From positions 32,001 through 96,000 of IMG/VR virus record IMGVR_UViG_2900261899_000001: a DNA stretch of 64,000 nucleotides. The stretch is one strand, 5' to 3'. Position numbers and translations under genes: made by a program. This DNA comes from a virus (taxonomy: Duplodnaviria; Caudoviricetes). The notes beneath the pieces are model-generated. The model did not search any database, was not told where the DNA came from, and saw only the letters and a program-made list of their open reading frames with translations. Of the stretch, positions 37,956 to 46,359 are shown one piece after another; positions within the stretch are counted from its first letter, which is position 1, and the number at the start of each line of letters is the position of its first letter.

Positions 37956-39887
37956 TCAGCCGCCCGCCGTGAGAGTAAGCGATTTCAGCGTCCCGCCATC
38001 GTTATAGTAAAACTTCACCGTCCCGGTGGATGTATTCTTCCAGAGCAAGAACTGGCCTGCCGGGATGAAGCCGGCGGTCGCGTCTGATCCGAGCCGGAAC
38101 GATCCGAACCGTGGTCCCCACGCGCCTTTGCCGACATATTCGACCGTGACGTCGATGTCCGTGCTGTCGCTCGGCGCGAACGTGATAGCGTTGCCGGCAA
38201 TGGCCCCTTTCAGCGTCATGAAGTTGGCCATGCTCGCGACAGGCAAGACGCTAAGCGCCCCAAGGCCGTTGGTCGCCTTTCCGACTTTTACCGAGCCGAG
38301 AAGCGGGTCCAGCGCCTCCGATCCGGAGAAGCGCGTCGCCTGCAACACGGGCACCTCGATCGCCGCGATCCCGAGGGCGTTCATGTGGTTGAGGGTGTTG
38401 CCACCGCCGGCCGTCGTGTTGGTATAGGTCTCGAAGTCCGTAACCGTCGGCGTGTAGGTTCGCGAAACGCCGAGGGTCGCAGATGCCACCGTCGTGCTGA
38501 CGCCAGCCACGTTCGAGCCGACACCAGCAATCGACGGGGTGAATGGCCCGCCGAACAGGGGGACCAGTTCGCTGTAGACCTGAACCCCGTTCCACAGCAC
38601 GGTCAGAACGCCCGCTTTGACCTGCACCTCCAGCGCAAGATCGCCCGCGCCAGAGGCAGGCACACCGCCGACGATGAAGCCGGCGTAGCTGCGCCCTGTG
38701 CCTTCGTAGACCTGGAGCGTGAGGTTGCCGCTGCCGCTGTCCTTGCCCAGGACGAGGATGTTGTCGGACCTGTTACCGATCTGAACCGTGAGGTTGGTCA
38801 GGTTCGACCATAGGCTCGACCCCTGACCGGGGAATGTCGCCTTGAGATCATAATCGCCATCGGTCTTGCCGAGCGTAACGGGCAAGGACAGTCCAGCAAC
38901 ACCAACCACGGATTGCTGCATGCGCTGGTCGACCGGGTCGACACCGTCGCGCATCAGGCGCTGCCAACGGTTGAAGTCGATCAGGCCGAGCCCCTTGGCG
39001 CGGGCATAGGTGCGCAGGAAGCCGGCCGCGACGTAGCGGGGCTCCTGACCAAGCGGGTAGCCACCAAAAGAGCCAACCGGGTCATAGGCGGTCTGCTTGT
39101 TGGTGATCAGCACGACGTCCGGAACTTTCGTCCACCCGGCGATCGTGTCGAGCACGGTGTGGAAGGCGTCGAGATTGATCGGCGTGGCGTCGGGGTTCAT
39201 TCCGAAGTTGAGGAACAGCAGATCGGGGCTTTGAGCCTGGACGAGGCTAAGCCAGTTCGCCGAGGTTGGCGTGTACCAGGACGGGAAGTTGGACGTCGCC
39301 GCACCGGCAGCGGAAGTCCAGGTCTGCGACGCCACGGCCCGGTTGACGAAACTGATGCTCTTGCCGGGGTTGTCCGCCTTGATCCTGCGGATGATCGTCG
39401 GCCACATGTACTCCGTCGTCGCGATCTCGTCGGCGGTGTCGGTGCTCGTCGAGTCGCCCATGATGACGACTTTGGCCGAGCCGGCAGCCAGAGCCTTTGC
39501 GAACTGCTTGAGATGCTGGCTCGGGATCAGGTCGGTGCTAGGCGGCGGTGTCGTTCCGCCCGTTAGCGGCGTGACTTGCCTGTAGCTGGCTCCGGTCAGC
39601 CGGCCTTCGCCCACGAGGATCGTGCGCGACAAGCCTTTGCCACCCTGACCGATCGCGGGCGCGTAGTACAAGCCCGGCGGGAAATAGAGGTAACGGTAGC
39701 CGTTGGCTGCGGCATAGGCATCGGCCGAGACCAGCGCCGCGCTGTCGTCGGTCGCGCCGTCGCCCTTGGCCCCTCGGTCTTTGACGTTCAACCAGTCAGA
39801 TGCACGAACGACACTGCTACGAGCAGTGTTGCCGTTGCCGGCGACAAAAGGTGTTTGAGATCCGAACGGCGGAAGGCTTGAACCCAT
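37956..39887 (-). CDS. Tail spike-like protein with SGNH/GDSL esterase domain
   Basis: NVKDRGAKGDGATDDS, MGDSTS, NFGMN, NHMN..G. Confidence 0.8.
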   Translation of the reverse strand: MGSSLPPFGSQTPFVAGNGNTARSSVVRASDWLNVKDRGAKGDGATDDSAALVSADAYAAANGYRYLYFPPGLYYAPAIGQGGKGLSRTILVGEGRLTGASYRQVTPLTGGTTPPPSTDLIPSQHLKQFAKALAAGSAKVVIMGDSTSTDTADEIATTEYMWPTIIRRIKADNPGKSISFVNRAVASQTWTSAAGAATSNFPSWYTPTSANWLSLVQAQSPDLLFLNFGMNPDATPINLDAFHTVLDTIAGWTKVPDVVLITNKQTAYDPVGSFGGYPLGQEPRYVAAGFLRTYARAKGLGLIDFNRWQRLMRDGVDPVDQRMQQSVVGVAGLSLPVTLGKTDGDYDLKATFPGQGSSLWSNLTNLTVQIGNRSDNILVLGKDSGSGNLTLQVYEGTGRSYAGFIVGGVPASGAGDLALEVQVKAGVLTVLWNGVQVYSELVPLFGGPFTPSIAGVGSNVAGVSTTVASATLGVSRTYTPTVTDFETYTNTTAGGGNTLNHMNALGIAAIEVPVLQATRFSGSEALDPLLGSVKVGKATNGLGALSVLPVASMANFMTLKGAIAGNAITFAPSDSTDIDVTVEYVGKGAWGPRFGSFRLGSDATAGFIPAGQFLLWKNTSTGTVKFYYNDGGTLKSLTLTAGG

Positions 39888-40012
39888 AGCTCAGCCCTCC
39901 CGCGCGAAAGCGAAGGTCGTCATCGGTCGGTCTCCGGGCATGGCGAGAGAGCCCAGCGGCACGAGGCGCGGGCGGATCAGACGTTGAGGGTCAGGTCAGG
40001 CGTTGAGGGCGA

Positions 40013-41710
40013 TCAGCCCTTCAGGACGAAGACGGACGATCCGCTCGCCGAGATCGCGAAGATGTCGACGAGCGTGACGAGGCCGGTGTCCCAGCCACGG
40101 CTCCCGCCCTGGTCGCCGGCGGTCGGAGCCGCCGCGAAGGGCATCCCCGAACCGACGACGGCAGCGGCCCCGAAGCTCGCGGTGAACAGGGTGGTCCCGT
40201 TGTTCGTAATCTCGAAGAGGCGGTCGCCCGCGCTCGCGATCTTCGTCGAGGTGTTGGCAGGGAGCGCAATCGTCGACCCGGCGAGGTTCGCGGAGGGGCC
40301 AACGACCGGCAGCGGGTTGTTGGCAGGCGTCCCGACCCGGATCGACTTGTTGCCGATCGCCGCCCGCATCAGGGCCGTGACGGGGCCGTTGGTGATCGCC
40401 GTGGTGGCGCGAACCCGCACGGCCTTGAGGCCGGTGGCCGTGCCCTCATAGATGCCGGGTGCCGTGAAGGTGGAGACGGCAGGACCACCGCCGTAGGGCA
40501 GCAGGGACATCGCGGTGGCGTCGGAATAGTCACCGAGTGCCGAGCCTTCGATGACGATCGAGCCGGTCCATGTCCCTGTCGGAAGGGCCAAAATGATCGT
40601 GTTGCGGCCGGACATCTCGACGGAGACGGTGTCGCCGACGAGCGAGAGCGCGCTCGAGGCTTCGCGCGGCGGCGTCAGGACGCTCAGCAGGCCACCCGAT
40701 ACAGTACCCGCCAGCGTCCCAAGGTACCCGAGCGAGCGCTTGAACAGGGCGACGAAGGAGAAGGCGCCCCCATCCGACGTCGCGGCCGTGTCGGCCTGCA
40801 GACCGAAGTTCGTGGCGAAGGGGCCGTCCGAGGACAGTACCACCGGGAGGGATTGTGCCGCCGGTTTCGTGCCGAGGGATGTGGGAAGCTGGCTTGTCGT
40901 CGCGAGCGTGCCCAGCGCCGTCAGGATGCTCGTGAGGGTCGCGGCCGCGACGTCCTGCTTGGCCGCCGTCGAAGCGCCCTGAGGCAGGCTGAGCGGCGCG
41001 GCGAGCAGCGCTCGGATCGCTTCTGCCTTGGTAGCTGTGGTGGCATCCTGGGCCGCGAGGTACTTCAGGACGGCGACGGCCGTGGCCGACGCGGCCGAAC
41101 CGTCCCAGGCCGCATCGGACGCCTTGCCGAAGCTCGTCACGAACACGCCGTTCGTCGCGAAATCCACCGGCAGGCTGTTCGAGGACGGCGCCGGACCTTG
41201 GGCCGGGACCTTGCTGGCGAGCGACGCGAGGTCTGCGTTCTGCATCGTCAGCGTGCCGGAGACCGGCACCGGGTTGCCGGTGTCGTTGCTGATCTCGACC
41301 TGATTGGCGACGGTAATGTTGCCGTCGACGTGGATCGTCGCCCCGCCGACATCGACCGGGATGCGCTGGCCGGCCGGCGCGGTGACGGCCAGCGTGCCGG
41401 CGAGGAGCGCGCGGACCTGCTCGTTCTTGGCGAGCAGCGTTGCGAGGGCCGCCTCAATCCCCGCTTCGGTGGCGAGCGCCTGCAGCACGGCCAGAGCCGA
41501 AGCCTGACCCGCCGCGGTCGCGAGCCCGGCAGTCTGCGCGTCGAGGGTGACGTGCCCCGGCGTGGCCTGCGTGAACAGCGAGGCTCCGGCTTCCGTCGAG
41601 GGCACCGAGCGCGGCGCGCGGATCGGTACGCCGGACGGATCCAGCCCGAGATCCGCGTCGGCATAGATCACCGGCGCGCCGAGCGCGTTTTTGTAGACAG
41701 TCCCCGTCAT
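40013..41710 (-). CDS. Tail fibre-like structural protein
   Basis: Ala/Thr-rich with repeated SLPV segments. Confidence 0.65.
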   Translation of the reverse strand: MTGTVYKNALGAPVIYADADLGLDPSGVPIRAPRSVPSTEAGASLFTQATPGHVTLDAQTAGLATAAGQASALAVLQALATEAGIEAALATLLAKNEQVRALLAGTLAVTAPAGQRIPVDVGGATIHVDGNITVANQVEISNDTGNPVPVSGTLTMQNADLASLASKVPAQGPAPSSNSLPVDFATNGVFVTSFGKASDAAWDGSAASATAVAVLKYLAAQDATTATKAEAIRALLAAPLSLPQGASTAAKQDVAAATLTSILTALGTLATTSQLPTSLGTKPAAQSLPVVLSSDGPFATNFGLQADTAATSDGGAFSFVALFKRSLGYLGTLAGTVSGGLLSVLTPPREASSALSLVGDTVSVEMSGRNTIILALPTGTWTGSIVIEGSALGDYSDATAMSLLPYGGGPAVSTFTAPGIYEGTATGLKAVRVRATTAITNGPVTALMRAAIGNKSIRVGTPANNPLPVVGPSANLAGSTIALPANTSTKIASAGDRLFEITNNGTTLFTASFGAAAVVGSGMPFAAAPTAGDQGGSRGWDTGLVTLVDIFAISASGSSVFVLKG

Positions 41711-41713
41711 GGG

Positions 41714-42310
41714 TCAGATCCGGCAGATGAGAGGGGCGAAGCCGGTCATGGTGAACCGGTGGAAGTTGAGGTTCGGCGGCGCGAGCAGGTCGGCGTTGAG
41801 CGCCGTCACGGCGTCGATCTGAGCTTGCAGTTCGGCGACGCGTTGATCGGTGTAGGCGGTGTCCGTCGGACCCTGCGGACCGGTGGTCAGCGCCGGCAGC
41901 ACCACGCCCGAACCGGGCTGGCCGGCCACGAGGATCTGCGTGAAGGCCGCCTGCTGCCGAACCAGGGCGCTGTCGGTGGCCGGAAGAACCCGGACCGATG
42001 ACCGCCCGAGCCATTCGTCGATCGTCGACCCCGTCACCGTCCGGTGAACGTCGAACACGAGCGTCGTCGGGGTCGAAGCGAGCCAACCCCCGCGCGCCGC
42101 CTTCGGGACCGATAGGATGAGACTGTCCGTCAGCCCGTTCGTGTCCGCGATCCAGGTGATCGCACCGTTCGCACTATCGAGCGCCACGGCCTCGGGACCG
42201 CCGAAGCTGCCTGTCATCGTGGCCGTGAGCCGCGATCCCGTCAGGTTCAGGGGAACGACGAGTGGGACAATGACCCGCCAATCCGCGGTATCGAGGCATG
42301 TAGCGGGCAT
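41714..42310 (-). CDS. Tail-associated protein; its first 15 codons match array A
   Basis: 198-aa ORF in the fibre cluster. Confidence 0.7.
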   Translation of the reverse strand: MPATCLDTADWRVIVPLVVPLNLTGSRLTATMTGSFGGPEAVALDSANGAITWIADTNGLTDSLILSVPKAARGGWLASTPTTLVFDVHRTVTGSTIDEWLGRSSVRVLPATDSALVRQQAAFTQILVAGQPGSGVVLPALTTGPQGPTDTAYTDQRVAELQAQIDAVTALNADLLAPPNLNFHRFTMTGFAPLICRI

Positions 42311-42364
42311 GGAAGACCTTCAGATCGACTTGCTCCCGCAAGGGACCGGGAATACCGTCGTGAC

Positions 42365-42483
42365 TAGCGCGGCATGGCACGGCACCGTTCGGCGTGGCAT
42401 GGCGAGGCACGGCGCGGCGAGGCTGGGTCGGGTCTGGCGTGGCGTGGTAGGGGTGAAGAGGTCGGCGTGAGCCGGCCTTTTCC
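42365..42483 (+). ncRNA. GGY-NN pentamer array A (putative guide RNA)
   Basis: TAGC, 16 pentamers at 42371-42450 (15 begin GGC/GGT), then GGGTGAAGAG-GTCGGC-GTGA-GCCGGC-CTTTTCC. Confidence 0.8.
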
Positions 42484-42614
42484 GCTTTTTGGAGCTACCG
42501 ACCGTCGTCGCCCTGCCAGAGGGCCTGATCGGCCTGTGCGGGTCTGGACATGGTGGATCTCGCATGAACGACTGCGCGGGCGCGCGGGCGAATGCACTCG
42601 ATCCGAGCGCCGCT

Positions 42615-42705
42615 ACGCCTCGGTGTTGCCGGCGCCGGGTTCGAGGAAGGACCGCGTGCCGTTGGTGACGGCCGACCGTGTGCGCGGACTGCGTTGCTTG
42701 GTCAT
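42615..42705 (-). pseudogene. Gene remnant
   Basis: MTKQRSPHTRSAVTNGTRSFLEPGAGNTEA* resembles a common rhizobial phage N-terminus and stops early at TAG. Confidence 0.35.
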
Positions 42706-42926
42706 GGGTCGCGCCTTGGCGTCCCCACTGTCTCTGATGTGGTCGAGCGATCAGTCTTCGAATAGTTGATCGTATCAAGCAGGGCGGGCGGTGACTGATC
42801 GGGATTGGCAGTAAAGGCACGGCCCTGCGCCAAGGCCGAAGCAAGCAACTGGATATGGATGCCACGAGGTCTTTTGAACCGTCCAGATGCTGCTATTTTT
42901 TTCTCCAAATCGTCTGACATTTTCAC
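42702..42926 (-). CDS. Hypothetical low-GC protein
   Basis: 74-aa ORF. Confidence 0.4.
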   Translation of the reverse strand: MKMSDDLEKKIAASGRFKRPRGIHIQLLASALAQGRAFTANPDQSPPALLDTINYSKTDRSTTSETVGTPRRDP

Positions 42927-42931
42927 CTATC

Positions 42932-45130
42932 TTAACCAAAATTGCGGTCAACGAATTTGTTCGTTGCGCCTGAGTTGTCGATAATACCTCCGGTGACGAG
43001 GTTTCTGGCGCTATTCTCAGTCACCCAGAAGTAATCACCGCATCCAGAGTCTAAGCGAACGCCAAATCCCTGCTTGGCCCCAGGCTGAGAGAAGTCGACG
43101 TTGAACTTGTTGCGGCTGATGTGAAAATCGGCATTGCCAGAACCGCCCACGCGAACGCCGCCGCTGCCGTTAATCGAAATATTGCAACTTTCGATGTTGA
43201 AGTTTTTGTTGTTGTTGTTGACTGCAAAGCCAATGTTTCGGCTTGCGCCAATGTCGCAGCCTATGAACTTGAGGCCGTCAGTGCTGTCCATCTGCACGGC
43301 GTTGCCGCCATGGTTCCAAGACCAGCATCCGATGTACATGCTCTGTGCGATCTGCGAGAGCAGCATCCCCTCGTGCGACGTATCCCAGAATACGTTCGCA
43401 TAGCGGTTGTAGCCTGAGCACTGACCACGGGTGAGGCTCGGCGAGCCAATCGTCTTGGCATAGAGCCCGCCGATGAAATCGCCGTCGCTGAGGATGATGG
43501 CCTCGCAGGCCCCGACCTGTCGCAGAGAACCAAGGCTGAAGTCGTAATCAATTGAGCTGATGGTGCCGACGGCGCCTGATGTGTTGCCCGTCACCGTCGT
43601 GCCAGCGGCCAGCTGGTTCGGGATCAGCATTCGGTACTGCGATCCAGTGAGCTGGATGATGTTCAAGCCCGTGTAAGGCGAGCCGGAGATCGTCAGCCCC
43701 TCGCCGGCCTGGAATGTGCCGTTGACGCTTGAGAAGTTGATGGTGTCGCAGATTGAGGCAGTAACGAACTGCGAGAGGAACACGTCGTTTGAGTTCTCGA
43801 TGTAGACGGCGGTCTCTCGGCCGTCCGACACGCCGAAATCATAGCCACGGACGCCCGCACTGTTCTTGACTGATATGCCTCGGTAGGCGGTCGAGATGTT
43901 GATGTCGTTGAAGTAGCCCGACACCTGCATGTCGAGGGCAACGCCAGCGGTCGGGCGAACCGAGAGCGACACCGGCCCCATGTCGATCCCGGAGATGCGG
44001 GAGCCGGGAACGCCGGTGGTGCGGATGAAGTTGGTGGTTCCCGTCGACCAGCGCACGCGGGTGATCGCTCGGCCCCGGCCGACGAGGCTCTGCCCGCGGG
44101 TGGCCACCAGCGTACCGCCAGCCGCACGATACTCGCCGGCGCCCATCAGCCCGAGGCCATTGTTTACGAGGGCGTCGATCGCCTTCTGAGTGGCCGCGAT
44201 GCAGTCGGTCGTCGTGTTCTTGAAGCCGTGAAACCAATCGACTTCGCAGACCGCGAGCCCAGCGATGGAGCCACCGGCCGACAGGTCGAAGATCTGATAG
44301 GCACCTGCAGTCAGACCCGCCGTGAAGGTGACCGTGACGCCGTTGTCCGGCTTCAGCATCACGCCACGCGGGAAACGATAGTGAGCCGAGAGGGTGATGT
44401 TGGACGAAATCCGGATCGTGCCGGGCTTAAGTAGCCATTCCCCGAAGCCTTGAAGCGCATCGGCGAACGAAAGATTTGCGGCATCGTCGGCCGTACCATT
44501 AGCGACCAGATTATTGAGAACAGGCGCCTTGGCGGCCAGAGACGCGGCTGTCGCCGCAGCATCGGCTGCTCCAACGTCGCTGGCGATGAGATTTATTGAC
44601 GATCCGGATTTGCCATTGACCGTCGTCGGATTGCCTTGAGGCCCTTGCAGGCCCGCAGCGCCAGTGGCGCCTTGCGGTCCTTGCGCGCCCTGTGCTCCAG
44701 CCGCGCCGGCAGGCCCTCGAATTTGGCCGACGTTGTGCCAGTTGCCGCCGGGGCCGGCGTCGTTGCCGGAGGCGGTGTAGACGTAGCCGTCGCCGCTGGA
44801 ATAGCCGGTCCCGTTCGACGTCATCAGGTAGACGTCGCCAAGCGTGTTGCCGGACGACGGAAGGTCCGAGGGGGTAGCCCGCGATCCTTTGATCGTCGTT
44901 CCCGCGCCTTGGTCGCCCTTCGGGCCAGGGTCGCCCTTCGGGCCAGGGTTGCCCTGCTGGCCGGGGTTGCCGCGCTCGCCACGCTCGCCCTGCAGACCGC
45001 GTTCGCCCTGGCCACCGGGCAAACCGGGGGCACCGGCGCCCCCAGGGAGGCCGCGTAGGCCCGGGGCGCCGCCGCCGAGCACGACCTGAGGCACGACGCC
45101 CGCGGAGGACGCGCCCAACACGTACGGCAT
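42932..45130 (-). CDS. Tail fibre/spike: collagen repeats plus beta-helix domain
   Basis: G-X-Y runs, WHNVGQIRGPAG, pectate-lyase-like repeats, GC drops toward the C-terminus. Confidence 0.82.
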   Translation of the reverse strand: MPYVLGASSAGVVPQVVLGGGAPGLRGLPGGAGAPGLPGGQGERGLQGERGERGNPGQQGNPGPKGDPGPKGDQGAGTTIKGSRATPSDLPSSGNTLGDVYLMTSNGTGYSSGDGYVYTASGNDAGPGGNWHNVGQIRGPAGAAGAQGAQGPQGATGAAGLQGPQGNPTTVNGKSGSSINLIASDVGAADAAATAASLAAKAPVLNNLVANGTADDAANLSFADALQGFGEWLLKPGTIRISSNITLSAHYRFPRGVMLKPDNGVTVTFTAGLTAGAYQIFDLSAGGSIAGLAVCEVDWFHGFKNTTTDCIAATQKAIDALVNNGLGLMGAGEYRAAGGTLVATRGQSLVGRGRAITRVRWSTGTTNFIRTTGVPGSRISGIDMGPVSLSVRPTAGVALDMQVSGYFNDINISTAYRGISVKNSAGVRGYDFGVSDGRETAVYIENSNDVFLSQFVTASICDTINFSSVNGTFQAGEGLTISGSPYTGLNIIQLTGSQYRMLIPNQLAAGTTVTGNTSGAVGTISSIDYDFSLGSLRQVGACEAIILSDGDFIGGLYAKTIGSPSLTRGQCSGYNRYANVFWDTSHEGMLLSQIAQSMYIGCWSWNHGGNAVQMDSTDGLKFIGCDIGASRNIGFAVNNNNKNFNIESCNISINGSGGVRVGGSGNADFHISRNKFNVDFSQPGAKQGFGVRLDSGCGDYFWVTENSARNLVTGGIIDNSGATNKFVDRNFG

Positions 45131-45245
45131 GCCGGAACTCTCGAAGACAGGGGGAGGCGCGCGTGGAAAAGCCCGGGGCGATTGGGCCGGGACGCGCGGC
45201 TTGCGGTCGGGCAGAAGCTGGCCGTATGGACCGCCCGAGGGGCGG

Positions 45246-45905
45246 TCAGAGCAGGTAGACGACGGCCTCGACGAAGGTCAGCGGACCGTAATAAGCAACC
45301 TTGCGTCGGTCATCGCCGAACGCGAGGAGCTCGTAGACGTAGTCGCCCGGAAGCAGACGTCCTGATCCCATCGTTGTGTAGGGGACCATCAGACCGGGAG
45401 CGCCAGTTCCGTTGCCCTTCACGATGAGGGGATCGGAATTGTCCGTTGGGTCGGACAACGCCTCGAAGATCAGCCGTTGGATGGTGTCGGCGCGCCGGAC
45501 CTGCAGCACATAGCTGATGCCGGTGTCGTTGATCGTCGCGGGCGTCGGCTGCACCGCGAAGGCGTCGCCAACCCTGAACGGGGTCGAGCCCGGTGTGACC
45601 GTCAGGACGAGACCGCCGGCGGAGAGTGGTGCGCCGGCGTATCCCAGAGCCGTGACGGCGCCGTTGGGATCGGTGACCGTGATGCCGACGAGATTGTCGG
45701 TCGAGGTCACCACGACGGCGTGGCCGCCCAAGGGCGTGCGGGGTTCGACGCTCTGGACGCTGACGGACCCGTTGCCGGTGTTGCCGCTGCCGACAACGAC
45801 GCCCGCGGTGCCGGCTTGATATAGCGGAAAGCTGTCCGTCCAGTCGTCGTTGAGCGCGACGCGCAGGGGCTGGTAACGCGGCTGGATCGCCAGGATGTTC
45901 GTCAC
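45246..45905 (-). CDS. Tail-associated structural protein
   Basis: GNTGNG, PF.VGDAF, YVYELL. Confidence 0.65.
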   Translation of the reverse strand: MTNILAIQPRYQPLRVALNDDWTDSFPLYQAGTAGVVVGSGNTGNGSVSVQSVEPRTPLGGHAVVVTSTDNLVGITVTDPNGAVTALGYAGAPLSAGGLVLTVTPGSTPFRVGDAFAVQPTPATINDTGISYVLQVRRADTIQRLIFEALSDPTDNSDPLIVKGNGTGAPGLMVPYTTMGSGRLLPGDYVYELLAFGDDRRKVAYYGPLTFVEAVVYLL

Positions 45906-45914
45906 GGACCGGCC

Positions 45915-46349
45915 TCAGGCGACGAGTTCGTTGGCCCGGATCAGCAGCGCATCGACCTGCGCCGGGCTGTAACTGCGCGCCGCGATCATCGCTTGCGTCA
46001 GCGGGTCGACGCGACGGATCTCGGTGGCCAGATCCCAGTCCTCTTGGAGGTCGGGATTGGACGCGAGCGCTGCCTTTACCGCTGGCCATTCCGGCTCCGG
46101 AAACACGGCCAGCTCCCCGGTCTCGGCCAGGGCGCGTTTCAGTCCGAGCTTCGAGGCCGAGGTCGGCACGACGACAACGACGGGCGGCGGCGGTGGGGCC
46201 GCAAAGCCGTCATCGGTCGCAAGCCAGCCGATGGCGATGTCCGCCACGTGGGAGACGTCCCGGACGTCGAACAGGTCGTGCGGCCATGCGTCCTCGCCTT
46301 CGGACAGGGCGTGCACGATCCCGCTATTCACGAGCGCGAACAGAGCCAT
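45915..46349 (-). CDS. Tail fibre assembly-like protein
   Basis: IGW....GFAAPPPP; follows the fibre gene. Confidence 0.65.
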   Translation of the reverse strand: MALFALVNSGIVHALSEGEDAWPHDLFDVRDVSHVADIAIGWLATDDGFAAPPPPPVVVVVPTSASKLGLKRALAETGELAVFPEPEWPAVKAALASNPDLQEDWDLATEIRRVDPLTQAMIAARSYSPAQVDALLIRANELVA

Positions 46350-46359
46350 GCTTCAATCC

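Noticed and set aside
42320-42865. ORFs spanning array A (181 aa minus, 131 aa plus, others)
   Set aside because: Low-complexity translations of a 5-nt-period repeat; the shared hairpin in three copies argues for non-coding function
44620-45080. GGN-rich periodic sequence as a further guide array
   Set aside because: Period is 9 nt and it encodes collagen G-X-Y; no shared hairpin
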